Shown: positions 1 to 22,564 of the stretch, in pieces
Position numbering within the stretch: the stretch's first letter is position 1
Layout: the number at the start of each line of letters is the position of its first letter
Source: Chrysomallon squamiferum
Lineage: Eukaryota; Animalia; Mollusca
Direction: 5' to 3'
DNA length: 64,000 bases
Assembly (NCBI GenBank): GCA_012295275.1
Contig: CM022665.1
Coordinates: 16,988,001 to 17,052,000 of the forward strand
Position numbers and translations under genes: made by a program
Notes under the pieces: generated by a model
Seen by the model: only the letters and a program-made list of their open reading frames with translations
Databases searched by the model: none
What the model was told of the DNA's origin: nothing

Positions 1-1708
1 GTGACAGATGTTTGTATACACAGCAAAAATAATAAGAATTTGAAGTTTAAATTGTAGTTGGTTTATGATACTTAAGGATAAAAAGGTGTTATTTTTTATT
101 TTTTATTATTGTTGTTGTTATTATTTTAATATTACATTTTTTACCAGTTTGATTGTTTTCTATTTATCAATATGTTTTTGATGTTGTTCATTATTACTAC
201 AGATTATTATTAATGTTTACATTTTTTAACATTTGTTATTGAATTGTTGTTGCTGGAATTTCTTTTTGTTAGAATTTTATTTTTTATTTTAGCTTAATTT
301 GTGTTGGCTTATTAATGTTCATCCATATAAGTAAAAAGTGTGTGTTAACTATACCTGTATGAACATGCTGTTAATTTAATTTAATTTTATTTTATAAATC
401 GTTATCCATTTTATGTAAAAGTTGTGTCATTTAGCTTTGGCTGAGACAAATATGCCAGTATGATATTCACAACTGTTTTTTTTTCTTTTTTCTGCTTTAC
501 ATTTGAAAATCTGTGAATCATTTTCTGTGATATTACAATAATAAAAAAAAAAAAAAAAAAAAAAAATCAGAAGCCAAAAAATGAAACAGCAAAAATATTC
601 CTGAATCAAAACTTTGTTTCATTTTATTTATATCATTAATTAGTCATATTGACTTACTTTTCACAACAAGCATATATCATTATCTAATTAACATCGTCAA
701 AACTGCAGGTAATTTGGTATTTTGAAAGCTCATTCTTTTTTTTCTTGTTTCTTTTTTTTTGATATTTGAATTAATATTGTAGAAATAAATTTAGTTTGAT
801 GTATATATATTTTTTTAATACTTGGATTAATATTATAATCTTTTATTCTGACATCAGTTTTCATATTAAACTGAATACTGTCACCAGATAGCCTATGTAC
901 TTTATGCTGATGAAAGTAAAATATTGTTCATTTTCTAGATATGACATTTTTCTTTTTTTCTTCATTACAAATTTGTTTTAAATATTAGTTAGTGAGACCA
1001 AAAATAAAAGCACATGATTTTTAAAGCTGTTTATTTATTTATTTATTTTTATCTTTGGAATCTCATATTTTATAATTTCCCTTATTTTTTAATTTGTATC
1101 TTATAAATTTATGATTTTTTTGTTTGTTTTGTTTTTTTCAATAATTTTGTCTCAATATTTTAGTGCTGTGTGTGATTTTTCTAAGACTTTTTTTTTCAAA
1201 GATCTGAACATTCCATTAATTTGTTAAAACAGTTAATAAATAATTTGAAAAATCAAAACACAAAGACTTCTCATTCTCCGTCCATCTATACATTTTAAAA
1301 TCATCTTTGCATCTCCACAACAATTTGTTACAGTTTATAATATTTATAAAGAGCACTTTGCCATCTAAAGTATGTCACCAAAAACAACCTTGTTTGAATA
1401 AAACAAAAAAATCCATGTTTGTATGTATTATTTGAATCCCCAGACTTAATTAAATTCAACAAAAGAACTTTGTTTATATTATATTAATAATGCAATTAGT
1501 TTTAAAATAATATTCCTGAACATTTGTGTATGGAGAATATTAAATATCAACTTGTTTAAATTCACTAAATGAAACTTTATATATAGTAAAGTAATGAACA
1601 GTAAAAATCTTTCAAATTCTTTTAGGATTTTTTTTATTACAGTTAAGATGTTTTCATAGTGCAGTGTTGGATGTTCAGACTGAACTGAAAAAGCAAATTT
1701 TCATTTTA

Positions 1709-1751
<43 letters not shown>

Positions 1752-2509
1752 TTATCTCTTTTAGTGTCAGTATTTTTTAAACATAATCTTCAAATCCTGT
1801 TATGTCCATTAAACAATAATCTTAAATATAAATATATTTTCTTCTGGATGAATTTTATGATTTCATGAACACAGCTGATATTGTATTTTTATTTGTTGCC
1901 TCATCATCTTCATTTTGTTTTTTTGTTTATTTTTCCCACCTGAACAATAAATAGTAATTTTGTTTACTTTTTACTGTATAATTTCAATACCTTTACATAA
2001 TTAGTTAATGTTTGAGCTTTGCTTTGTTTTGGTTAAAAGTTATTTTAAAAATGTTAAAAGTTTCTTTATCAGATCACTCCTATTCATTTAAATCTTTCTT
2101 GTTAATACTACTATTATTATTATTATAAATAACAGTAATATTATAATTTCATTAATAACACTGAATTCATATTCAATAATAATTATTATCATTTATAAAT
2201 GCTAAATTGATAGCATTTTCCTGGTAGACAGTTATATATAAAAAAAAACAGTTTATCTTGAGATTCCTGTAAGTAAAATTATTGTACACATATTTTTGGT
2301 TTTGTTTCAGGGGATGGGTGTGAGATTTTTTTTGTGCCTTAACTAAGTAATAATTATAAGATATAAATTCTAGACACTTAAAATGGCCATTTTGTTGTTT
2401 TTATGTGAATTAAGAACAAAAAATGTATTCTGCCCTTCATTGATTCACATTCAAATGTAAATATATTTCATTTCATTTCAGTACTTTTATCACCATATTT
2501 AATATTTAA

Positions 2510-2555
<46 letters not shown>

Positions 2556-4235
2556 TCTTTTTTCCTTATATGAATGTGAAATATATTAAGAGACAGTAAT
2601 TGTTTAAGGATTAATGGAGGGGAGAATTTTTTGCTTCTTTTTTAACGTTAAATTTGTTACACATAAGAGGTCAAAATTTGAGAGAGACAAAAAATTATAT
2701 TTATTTATTTTTATCTTGGATTACAGAATCATGTAATAAAATGACTTACAATTATATTTTGATGTTGATTTTCTAATATCTGTAGTAAACAAAAGAAGTT
2801 TATTCTACATATAATGGAGTACTGTATTTTATCAAAAAATTAAACTGTATGCTTCATGACATTTCTTGAGTTTAATTTTTAGTTACTTGAGAACATTATT
2901 GAACTGCATATTACCTGATTTTTCATTAATTTTTTTCATGCACCAAAGTTTGTACAAAATAAAATTCCTGTATCATGGTTCATCATAAAATGACAATTAT
3001 GGTACATAAATTTCTGTTTTATAATTTTCACAGAAAACTTACCATACTTGATGTTTGTGTATTGGAATATATAATCTGATGTTTTATTTAATGTGTATTA
3101 TGCTTTAATTGTTATACATATATGTTTTAGAGGTTAAGCTTATATTAAGTACATAGATATTCATTTTTATCTTGTTTCTGTACAAGCTTTAGCTTAGCTG
3201 TTGTATCTGTAGAACATTATATATGTATACATATATAAATCCATTCATTATGTAGCATTTTATTTGGTTTTTATTATTATTATTATTATTATAAAAGTTA
3301 CGTTATGTACTTAAATAATCATAATTTTAATGATACATGTGTTTAATGATAACAAAATTTTGGGTTGTGGTACAACTTGTACATTACATTGATATTTAAA
3401 AACATATGGCATTTTGAATGTTATTTGAAACATTCCCAGTTTTATGTATTTATCTCCTAAAATGGATGAAAAAGGTAAATAATTAAACTGATATAATTTT
3501 AAATAATCATAATGAAATCAGGGAAACTGATGCTGATATAATTACATATATGCCAGTAACTGTATTACATTTAAATAATAGTGCATAGCAATATCCAAAA
3601 TGGGAATCTCTGATGAAAATTAATAAACAGAAAACTGAAGAAACTACAAATAATTAGAAACAGAGATGAGAAACTAGCAAAGCCAGTGAATGCTATAGAG
3701 GGCAGTTGATTTTTGACATGTGTATATAATTATAAACAATATTGATAGATATATATATGAAAAAGTTTTAAAGGGGTCACAAATTCTTTCGTTATCTTGA
3801 AATATTTTTGGACTCCATTGATGTAGAAACCTTGAAGCACAATGGTCTGTAGAGAAGCAACCGTCAGTTGTTCTGTGGATTGTTTTGTTGATTTGGGTTG
3901 GGGGGTTCTGATAGTACCAGAGCAGTGTTTTTTCAAAATAATTTTGAAAGAATGCTGTTTTTTAACCTTCTGTATAATTTAGCATCACTGAAAAAATTAA
4001 TAATAATAATAAAATTGAGAAAAAATTAAGAAAAAAACAACAAAATAAAAAACATTTAAAAATATATATATATATATATATAGGCTATACCCTACTAGAG
4101 CATTCATTGGCTCATTTTAGTTTCAAAATAGACAAGTTTCAGTCATATATTCTGTGTAATGTTTTAGTTCTACATTTATTTTTTTCAGTGTACATTATTG
4201 GTTTATTTTGATGGTTGTGAAGTAAACACATTCCT

Positions 4236-4401
4236 CAGGGGCAGGTCCATGTTTTATGGAAAAGTTTGTTAAATTATAAACAAAAACAAAACAGGTTAAT
4301 AAAATCTCGATAAAGTGGGAAGATTTCTCTGACTTCCATCACAGACTGCACAAGCAGTGTTTTGATCCACTTCCCACAGTGCCTGCCTGGATCCATGCGT
4401 G
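4236..4401. mobile_element. Small MITE remnant
   Basis: CAGGGGCAGGTCCA ... TGGATCCATGCGTG degenerate TIRs, flanked by direct TTCCT repeats. Confidence 0.4.
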
Positions 4402-6185
4402 TTCCTGAAAGCATTCCAAAGTATCTTGGGATATTATTGTAGCTGAAAGTCCAAGCTTTATTACTGTAATGTGTTTTTTTTTAAAAACATTTCACTCGTT
4501 ATTTTATTATTTTCTTTATCATCAGTTACTACACATTTGTATTTTGTCACATGCTGATTGATCATGTGTTATTGATATGTTTTTGTTTTATTAATTAATC
4601 CAATTTATCTGTCTCCAAGGTTTTGTATAAGTTGCTGTTCTTTTGAAAATTAAATAAAGTTTAAAGTATTAACATTATGTTGTTGTTGTTATTATTTTTT
4701 CTAGTGATTTGATGACAAAGGTATGTAGTTGTTTATTTACACATACTGTTGAGGGGAGTGCTATATTTACATGCAGAAAACCCCAACAACAAAGTATTTA
4801 ATGGAAAAGTGCATTTCATATGTTCTGTGTGTGTGTGTGTGTGTGTTTTTGTCTATGTAAGTTCATGTGTGCGTGTGTAATTTCTGAAGTGCATATAAAA
4901 ATATAAAAACCTCAATTAAACCTAAATTTCACTTCAGTGTGCAAAAAAGTAAATTAAGTTCTAAAATATTGACTGTAATAAGTGTTAACAAAACATTTTT
5001 ACTCAGTGTATTTTGAGTAAATTCAGTAATACTGTTTTAAAACTCGGGCAATTTGAGTGTATTGTCTATTGTCAGAAATGTTAGGTTTTGGGCAGAAATT
5101 AGCAATATATTCCTTTTAAACCTGGAGTAACATATAGAGCCCGGTATTTAAGATGCATTATGTAAGACTTAACATTTTGTTGTCATGAAAACAAATAAAT
5201 ATTTATTATATATTTTCTGGTGTCATTGATCCAAACAGACCAAATCAAATTAACAAAGTCAAAGTTAAAACTGAATAATTTAATAAAGAATGGATTAATA
5301 AGAAAACATTTGATATAGCCTTACATGTTAATTATATTCTGCCATCCATAATAAAAATGAAAGTAAGAAAGTTAATTGCTATTTGCGATTCATATACAAT
5401 CGATGTAAAAAAAAAAAAAAAAAAAAAAAAATTGAAAAAGCAAAAAGGGGACAAAAAAAATAATTAAAAAAAAAAATAAAATAATAATAATAATAATAAT
5501 AAACCATTCATGATTTATTAGATTTTTAAATGCAAAATTGTTAAAGCCAAATTAAAGCTATCATCTTTTATTGTAACCTGTGCTAAATTTAATTATTGTA
5601 TTCATTGCTCTTGCGTCAAGTTATGTTTTTAAAAGATATTATCTTTGAAAATTTGACAGATTGTTAACTGAAAGTGCCATTCACGTTTGACAGTCTCGTT
5701 ACTCTTGTTACATAGAAAATACGGCGGATGGACTGGTTCTGACCTGACAACGTAATTTATTAATATGTCTAGAACATCTGCATTGACTGCGTGGTAGAGT
5801 CAACAGTCTAAACAAGTGATTATAGTCTGCTATGGTTAAGTTTAGAAAGGAATACAGTAATACAAGCTGACAATCCATTATTCTCTTGACGATCATCATC
5901 TTGACGCTATCTTCAGTGATTCAGTCTTCTATGAATTTTTTACTTGTCAACAATAATTCGGTTCTAGTACAAAATATATATTTCCATACACCATGGTTTC
6001 GTGTAATTATTTTTTAACACAATAAGTTACTGACCCAGCACTATCGCGCTAAGAAATGAGGATATTACATAAGACAGACATAATGTTAACAGACTTTAAA
6101 AATAACGAAAATGCATTTTATTATTTATATATTTATTTATTTATTTATTCTTTCATTTATATAGCCATCATTTTTTTATTTTTTT

Positions 6186-6224
<39 letters not shown>

Positions 6225-6246
6225 TTTTTTTTTTAGATTATTATTA

Positions 6247-6297
<51 letters not shown>

Positions 6298-6692
6298 TTG
6301 ATGGGGTTGGGATTACTTGATTTTTTTTCTTTCTATTTTTAAATTAATATCGGCTTTTGCTGCTGCAAAATAAAATTCTCATCCACCCATTATAATTTCA
6401 GTGCAGTCATGGATAAATGATTTCATTTGTTATGCAATCGGCAGAAAATAGCTGCGTGACTCACCTAAATGCATGACGTCATCGAATCAATAAGGGCACA
6501 AGCGATCTGCCAGATTTTCTTGAACATCAATAATTTAATAATACTCAGGCATGGAACATAATAACTTGGCCGTTTTATGAACAGAATCTATTTTTTAAAA
6601 TACATTAGTTGTGAATTCTTGGAATAAAACAGCAGCTGTATAGCCTATATATACAACGGTTTTGTGGGTCTAAGAGAGACTGTGTGTCTGTC

Positions 6693-6693
6693 T

Positions 6694-6764
<71 letters not shown>
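6693..6764. repeat. Compound (TG)n(AG)n microsatellite
   Basis: Seen directly. Confidence 0.95.
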
Positions 6765-6769
<5 letters not shown>

Positions 6770-8344
6770 AGAGCAAAAATATAACAAGATCCATATTAAA
6801 AATTTATAAAGAATTTATTCAGAAGTATCTATATGAAATCACAAGATATAACTATATTATATAGTCATTTATTTTAGATGTCATTTAAAAGTCATACAGC
6901 TGTTGAAAATCAGCTCCGGTAATCCGAGAACAATACATCATAACAATACAGGAATGTATTGTGACATCAACAAGAACATGGTGTTATACATGTTTCACAT
7001 GAAATATATTTAAGACATCTTATTGTAATAAAAATGTTGGTCTACATTTACTATTACTAAAACCTGAAATTTAGATAGCATATATCACTTCAGGCACGGC
7101 AAAATGTCTGTTAGACGTAAACAAAATTAATAACCTAACATAATTGCGTACTACAGAACAAAGTTTGTGCGTTTCAGGATGTATTCATAATAACAAATAT
7201 ATTAAAATACAGTTACAATATACTTTACAGCTTGGGCTAAATACGACAAATACACAGAACTGGATTTAAAATTGTCATTGTAATTCTTCATTGATTTAGA
7301 TTCATAACAAATCATATTAATAGGTAATAAAACAGTTTAGAATGAAATATAGAAATTCAAATTTGGAGACGTAATTTCATTCTTCAGTTTGTTACTGTAA
7401 TTCAACCATTTGCAATTTATGTATTTAAACAATCTCTGTTTAGTGAAGATTTCAGTAAAATTTTATTCTCAGTTTAATACAACCCTGATTATTTGGATTG
7501 CTGGTTTAGTTTTTACACTGGATGTAAAATGTGTATTGAATCAACTCTTTTTATATAATTTGTAAAATAAATATTTGCACACGATACCCAAGCAACTGTG
7601 GTTTATTCAAGACTAACAAAAATTATAACCGAATTCAGTACGTATTTTACTCCGTGAAGTTAGATTTTGAATTAAAGTTATTATACTAAAGTTTTATTCT
7701 AAAACAATGACGGTATATTCTAATCGAGAATAAACAACATGCTGAAATTAGTAAAATATTTGTAACAATACATTAAAATTCTGCTTAATACAATTAATAT
7801 TTTGTATAAAATAATTAAAATATTTTGATGAAACAAAAGACATATATATTCCCCCCCCCACCGCTTCACGGATTCTTTCATTACATTATACCGCTTTATT
7901 TCGAAAAACAAAATAATAGTAATAATAATAATAATTAATTTATTAATACAGTAACACACTGGATTTTCACTTTTGATCAAATACCCAGTCAAAAATATGA
8001 CAAAACTTACAAAAAGGTTTTTAAACAATAATAATACAAAATATATTATTATATACACTCTCAATAACAATTCATCATTGCAATTATAACATAAAGATGC
8101 TTATTGAGTTAAAACACCAATTAGCATCATATGAAAATATTAATCAAGCATATATATGAGTTGTCACAGTGATAAGATTCAATAATATTTATCAAAGAAA
8201 GAGTATACAAAGTATAAAAAAATAAGTTTCTTTTCACAAAGTCTGTGAAAAGATCACACATCGTTGGTATTAAAACAGAGTCAAGCCAATTCTCATTAAT
8301 GAATGAGTCGGGAACAGCGTAGCGTGTCGTCGATGGAAGGGAGG

Positions 8345-16870
<8,526 letters not shown>

Positions 16871-16989
16871 GTCTCTTCCCCAGTTCCTTACACTATCTTT
16901 TTTATTTAAACAATTCATGGAACTATAAATCAGAACGAAAAATAAGTCTTCAAGAATTACACTTTTATAACAAGCCATGAAACCATATG

Positions 16990-17288
16990 ATTGGTTGAAC
17001 ATTTATTTAAAAAACAAAAAAAACCCACAATAATTCTTAAAATAAATTAATCAAAACGATATGATTGGCTGAAAACAAATGCACATTATTTTATGTAATT
17101 TAATTTTATTGTTTTTCTTCCTTCATTACTATTATTATTATTATTATTATTACTATTATTATCATCTTTTAAAATTTCTTTGTTACAAAAGTATGTAACT
17201 GATTGGTCGACAGTTAATTTAACAACAAATTTGAAATACTTATATATTTAAATTTCAAGACAGATTTTTAATAAAGAAAAATGATTGG
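16990..17288 (-). promoter_or_regulatory. Cluster of four CCAAT (NF-Y-like) boxes upstream of the arginase ATG
   Basis: GATTGG motifs with ATTGG at 16990, 17064, 17202 and 17284 (minus strand RRCCAATCA). Confidence 0.5.
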
Positions 17289-17639
17289 CTGAGAAACATG
17301 TCAGTCATTACGTTACATCAATAAATTACATATTTCAGTATCGATTTCACCTAACCTTTTCAAAATCCTGAAGCCCCGAAATTTCCCAGGAAAAGGATGT
17401 AAGCAGACAACTAGTATCACATTAATTATGACCTTGTTCTTTGACCTTATTTTGAATAACATTATTGTACGTCGAGATTTACATAGCTTTGACTGAAACA
17501 CGTTAAGCAAATCCTAGTAATTTCTACATGCCCATTATGGCGAGACAAATTCATTTTGTTGTAAATGATTTTCTTCTGCTTCTTTTTTAATATTTCTTTT
17601 ACTTTTTTAATTAAATATCTTTGAAAAATATATTTTCTA

Positions 17640-17781
17640 GATTATTATCGTTATTATTGTTATCGTTATGGTTATCGTTATCGTTATCATTATTATTGTT
17701 ATTACTGTTATTATTGTTATTGTTATTATGGTCATCGTTATCATTATCATTACTATTACTATTCCAGTTACTATTATTATT

Positions 17782-17815
<34 letters not shown>

Positions 17816-17816
17816 C
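17640..17816. repeat. Compound (TTA/TCA/TCG)n trinucleotide tract
   Basis: Seen directly; source of spurious poly-L/M/I ORFs. Confidence 0.9.
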
Positions 17817-20566
17817 CACGACATCCTAATTACATAATTGCAATTAATTTTTTACTTTAATGACTACTAAAATGTAAATTTAAAAACAGAATAAATAATA
17901 ATGAATGAATGAACGAATGAAATTTAACATATCAGCAACTATTAGATTTCAGTTTTAAAATAGGTACCCTAATTCGTACATAACCGAAACGCTCATAATC
18001 AAGTTAAAACTTGGAAAATAAGAAAGCAAATAAATATTTTCTGAAACTGCAAATACAAGAAATATATTTTCAATTTGGTCACCTACTGGGTAAAAAAACT
18101 GAAAATTTTGGAATCTAGGTCAAGAATAAGAACTAACAATTTTGAGCAGAAAAGCTTCCAGCGTCCAGAATGTTCTTTCATACTTCCTGCGGGTTTTCTG
18201 TTGAATGCCGGGAACGAACACCTTTCTTGACTTCTGTGGAAACACTGTGAAGTAAAAATGTTCAAAACAAATTTGTGAACTGCCGTTTCCCGACCTATAC
18301 TTTTCAGTTGTCTATTTCATTTATTTATTTATTTATATTAGATATTATTTTGTTTGTTTCATAAATGTAAAATACACACCTTTTCTTTTCTGATTTTTTT
18401 TTTTTACGATATCTTTTTTTTTTTTTTTTTTTTTTTCTTTCCTTTCTTACATTTGGTTTACTAGTATTTTTTTAATTTTTAATTTTATATATTTTTCGAT
18501 ATTAAACGACAAATATGGATCATATGATTAGTCATTTAGTAAATGTAATTAACGTGTGACACAGAATCTTTAAAACACACAGTATGTACCTGAAAAAAAG
18601 GTAAGCAGTCCCTGAAGTGGAGGACTATAGTACGTAACAATGCTGTCTTGCACTGTTCAGTCATTCTCAGTAATCAGTGTTCGAAAAATATTCTTAGTAT
18701 TTATCAGATAGACAAAAAATGGTAGTATCTGGACTGCTTTACTAGTGAACTGCGTTTCAAAATTATCGGGTGACAGGAGAACTATCAACACATTTTTATG
18801 TCGACTGGTAAGAAAACCAGTGACGAAAAAGACCACCACGATCTCAGGACTAGTGAAACAGGGTAAATAATTTCGGTTAATACAACGTCAGCCTCTTGCA
18901 TTAATTTCATACCTGAATTCGTTTAATAGTGATTGTAAAACAGTTTTTCGGAAGTGCTTAATTTTTACATTATACATAAATTATTTACGGTTTCTACAGA
19001 ATGAGACAATATTGTTTAATCTAACTGAGCTGTATGAATTACCTAAATAAATAAAACAAAATGAAACTGAGTTATTTAAGAAGTCTGACCGAGGAGACTC
19101 GCGACTCGCTTACCTTTCAAAACGAGTCCGGCTAACCAGTCGTATGACAACTATCTGCGCTAATTTAATCACGGTTGCACTGTTATATGCGGTACGGTTA
19201 AGACACGCAGGCCAGTGATTCATTAGAACTCACTTGTCAGTCTTCCTACGCTTTGAAATCTCAATCGTCAGATGTGTATAAAATGTAAAAATATACAACT
19301 GTTATTTTTGTTATAGAAGATCTTTGCCGAGTTTGAATCTACATTTATTTTGTATTTAAACTGGCATTGTTTTCAACTGTCAACCATAATTATTATGAAA
19401 ATGACATAATATTTAGGGAAAAATTAATGTCCGTATTGGCCATGCTGCGAAGTAGCATACATTGTGATCCACTGCAGCTAACGAGTAGGTAATATAATGA
19501 AGTCAGTGGATTGCTTTTATAATACAATAATTGCAAAAACCACAAATCAGTATTAAACATGTGATAATTGTTTTTAATTTGCAGAGCTGTCATTATTAAT
19601 TGTTCATTATTGCCGAAGACAGCCGTTAAGTAGAAGATAGCAATCTTTTGATTTTTTGAATTTATTATCAGTACATTTGTTTTGTTGTTGCTGGGTTTAT
19701 TTGTTTGTATTGTTTTGTTTTGTTTCGTTTTTGTGTGTTGGAGGAGGTTATTTTTATATATTTTTAATTTAAATTAATATATTCAAAAGTTCTAATATTT
19801 AATAATCAATTTGTTAAGTGACTGACTAGCTGATAGGTGGATTGAGCCAAAAAGCAAGGATTTTAATTTTTTTTAATTTTTATAATTATTATTATTCAGC
19901 AAATGAATGAGAGAAAGTCATTTGGTAACTCGGTAATCGATTGTATGACGTAGTGGACGATAAGTACCCGGATGATGGACAGGTTTTGTTAAACTTTTAT
20001 ACGGAAAGAAAAGTCAACATAGATTTTTTTATTAATAATAACTATTGTATTCATAATAAATATCTTTGGACCCACTTTATTCAGATAAACAGATGTATAC
20101 ATTTACATCTAAATTCTATGTTTAAGCTAATGTACATAATTAATCTCTTTATGTATAGTGATTATTCAGCAGAGTAAACAAACTCTGGAATCTTAATAAC
20201 AGCAATCCATAAATATTTATATATTACAGTAAACACACCCTCGATTCAAAATAACAGCAATCCTTATTTATTTATTAACGTTATCGTCACATCAAAAGAC
20301 AGTTTCCAGAAACGTTGCATGAATAAAACTGTACTAAATAAACTGTTTGTGTGGTCGAATAAACATCAATACATGTACGGCTGAACAGAAGCAAAGTAAA
20401 TGAAATGTTTAATACTAAAACACAAAACAGTGAAATGTTAGTATGCTAGCTCTTAGATACCAATACCAGTCATATTTTCTAATAACAATAAAACAGAAGA
20501 AAGTCGATGCGGCCACTTTGTGATCTTCATATCAGTTAGCAGAAGCGAATTTTAACATATAATTTA

Positions 20567-21072
20567 ACAGATGAAAAGATATAATAAAATTATTATTACG
20601 TTCTTTGCATTGGTTGGACCGAGAAAAACCCCACATAATACATGTTATTTATCATACAGATGAAAAGACATCATAAAATTATTATTACGCTCTTTGCATT
20701 GGTTGGACCGAGAAAAAAAACACATAATACATGTTATTTATCATACAGATGAAAAGACATCATAAAATTATTATTACGATCTTTGCATTGGTTGTGCCAG
20801 GAAAAAGCCTAATACATGTTATTTATCATACAGATAAAAAGATATAATACAATTATTACGATCTTAGCATTGGTTGGACCGGGGAAAAAGCCTAATACAT
20901 GTTATTTATCATACAGATGAAAACACATAATGAAATTATTATTACGATCTTTGCATTGGTTTGGCCGGCAAAAACCCTAATACGCGTTATTTATCATACA
21001 GATCAAAAGACAATGAAATTATTATTACAATCTTTGCATTGGTTGGACCTGGAAAAAGCCTAATACGCGTCG
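20567..21072. repeat. Minisatellite, 6 copies of an 83-89 bp unit
   Basis: Unit ACAGATGAAAAGA...ATTATTACGxTCTTTGCATTGGTTGGACC...TAATACATGTTATTTATCAT, starting at 20567, 20656, 20745, 20830, 20913 and 20998. Confidence 0.95.
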
Positions 21073-21812
21073 TGAAAGCACTATGATAAACATAGCACTC
21101 TGTTTAATAGACAGGTGACTGAACACGTGTTTAATAAGTCCGCACTCAAAATGTCAAAATAATTTTAATACCAAATTTTAACTGTAAAAATCGACGTGAT
21201 TGAAATAAACCGGTATTCGCTGCATATTAACCCTGGAATATTTACAGTCTTACCATTATAACTGCAGACTAGATGATATTTATACGTAATGCTCTTTATT
21301 AGTTACTTCTACAAAAACTGTACTTAATAATGTGCATAATATATATGTATATAATTTATTCATATCCGTGAAATTATTGTTATTATTATTTGTATTACTT
21401 TAAATTACGTCTCTCTGTCTGACTTTTACTCTGTTTATTTATTTATTTATTTATTTATTATTATTATTATTATTACATGACAAGTTAAAAAGGTGAGAAA
21501 AGCTTGTCCAAAACGCTTGTTGCTTGGTTAAGTCCTTTATGTAATCTAAAGATATCTCCATTTCCTGCGTGTCTACAAGATGTTTTGGAAATCACGCTTA
21601 ACAACTGGTATTCCGTAAAACTTATCTTGAGTTACGTATTCATAGCAATGCTTTATTTAAATTCCATATTAACCGAGGGGGTGTGTTTCTTTTTATGCAT
21701 CATATAACGCAATACATACATAGGATTCCTGCCTATATTTTATTTTAATTTATTTTATTTCAGTTTTTTAATTTAATTTTTATTTTTTTTAATTAATAAT
21801 TATATGTATATA

Positions 21813-21847
<35 letters not shown>

Positions 21848-22514
21848 TATTTAAATATATCGTTAATGGTTAAAAACTGATGCAATATCGCTAGATCTAC
21901 TTTAAGAATTGGGGAAATCCCATGGCAGGATACTCTTCAGCCAATGAGCGTTCAAAGATTTGTTTTCTACGTTTTTCAAGAAATAACTTCATTCTCAAGA
22001 TTAGAAAATTAAATTTACACCTCAACAAAACAATGACATTTACATATGCATTTACTTATAATAATTATTATTGTTAAAATACACTATAAACAATCAAACT
22101 GTTCTTTTGTTCATCAGTCCGATATATAACAGCGATATTATGATGGTGCAATATTATAGCATTGAGGTAGACTGGTAATATTATAGCACTGAGATAGACT
22201 ACGATGAGAAACAAAGGTTAAACAAAATGACGAAATATATCCTATTTACCAATAAGTAATGGGGCATTTTCCCCAAACAGGCTATCTGAAAAAAAAAGAA
22301 AGAAGAAAAAAAAATAGAAACAGTGTTCTAACTATAATCTTAAAACACAGGCCCTTACGCAGAAATTTATATCGGGGGAGAGGGGTGAATAATCGACGGT
22401 GCAAAGGGTTGGAGTAGCTTGGAGTATCCGGGTTCATGTCCCCGACGAAATATGTTTTAAATCTAGAATGGAGGAGATGCATTTTCCTGCATTCCGTGAA
22501 GTAAATTTGACTAC

Positions 22515-22564
<50 letters not shown>

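Noticed and set aside
16923-17002. Unspliced N-terminal extension of ORF 16718-17002 (MFNQSYG...)
   Set aside because: The upstream part looks like an intron pyrimidine tract plus acceptor; no arginase similarity.
18083-18265. 60-aa ORF ending at a TAG|GTGACC donor-like site
   Set aside because: Closed in the arginase-compatible frame, weak donor, no recognisable protein.
20567-21072. CRISPR-like appearance of the repeat array
   Set aside because: Units are contiguous with no unique spacers; eukaryotic context; no cas genes.
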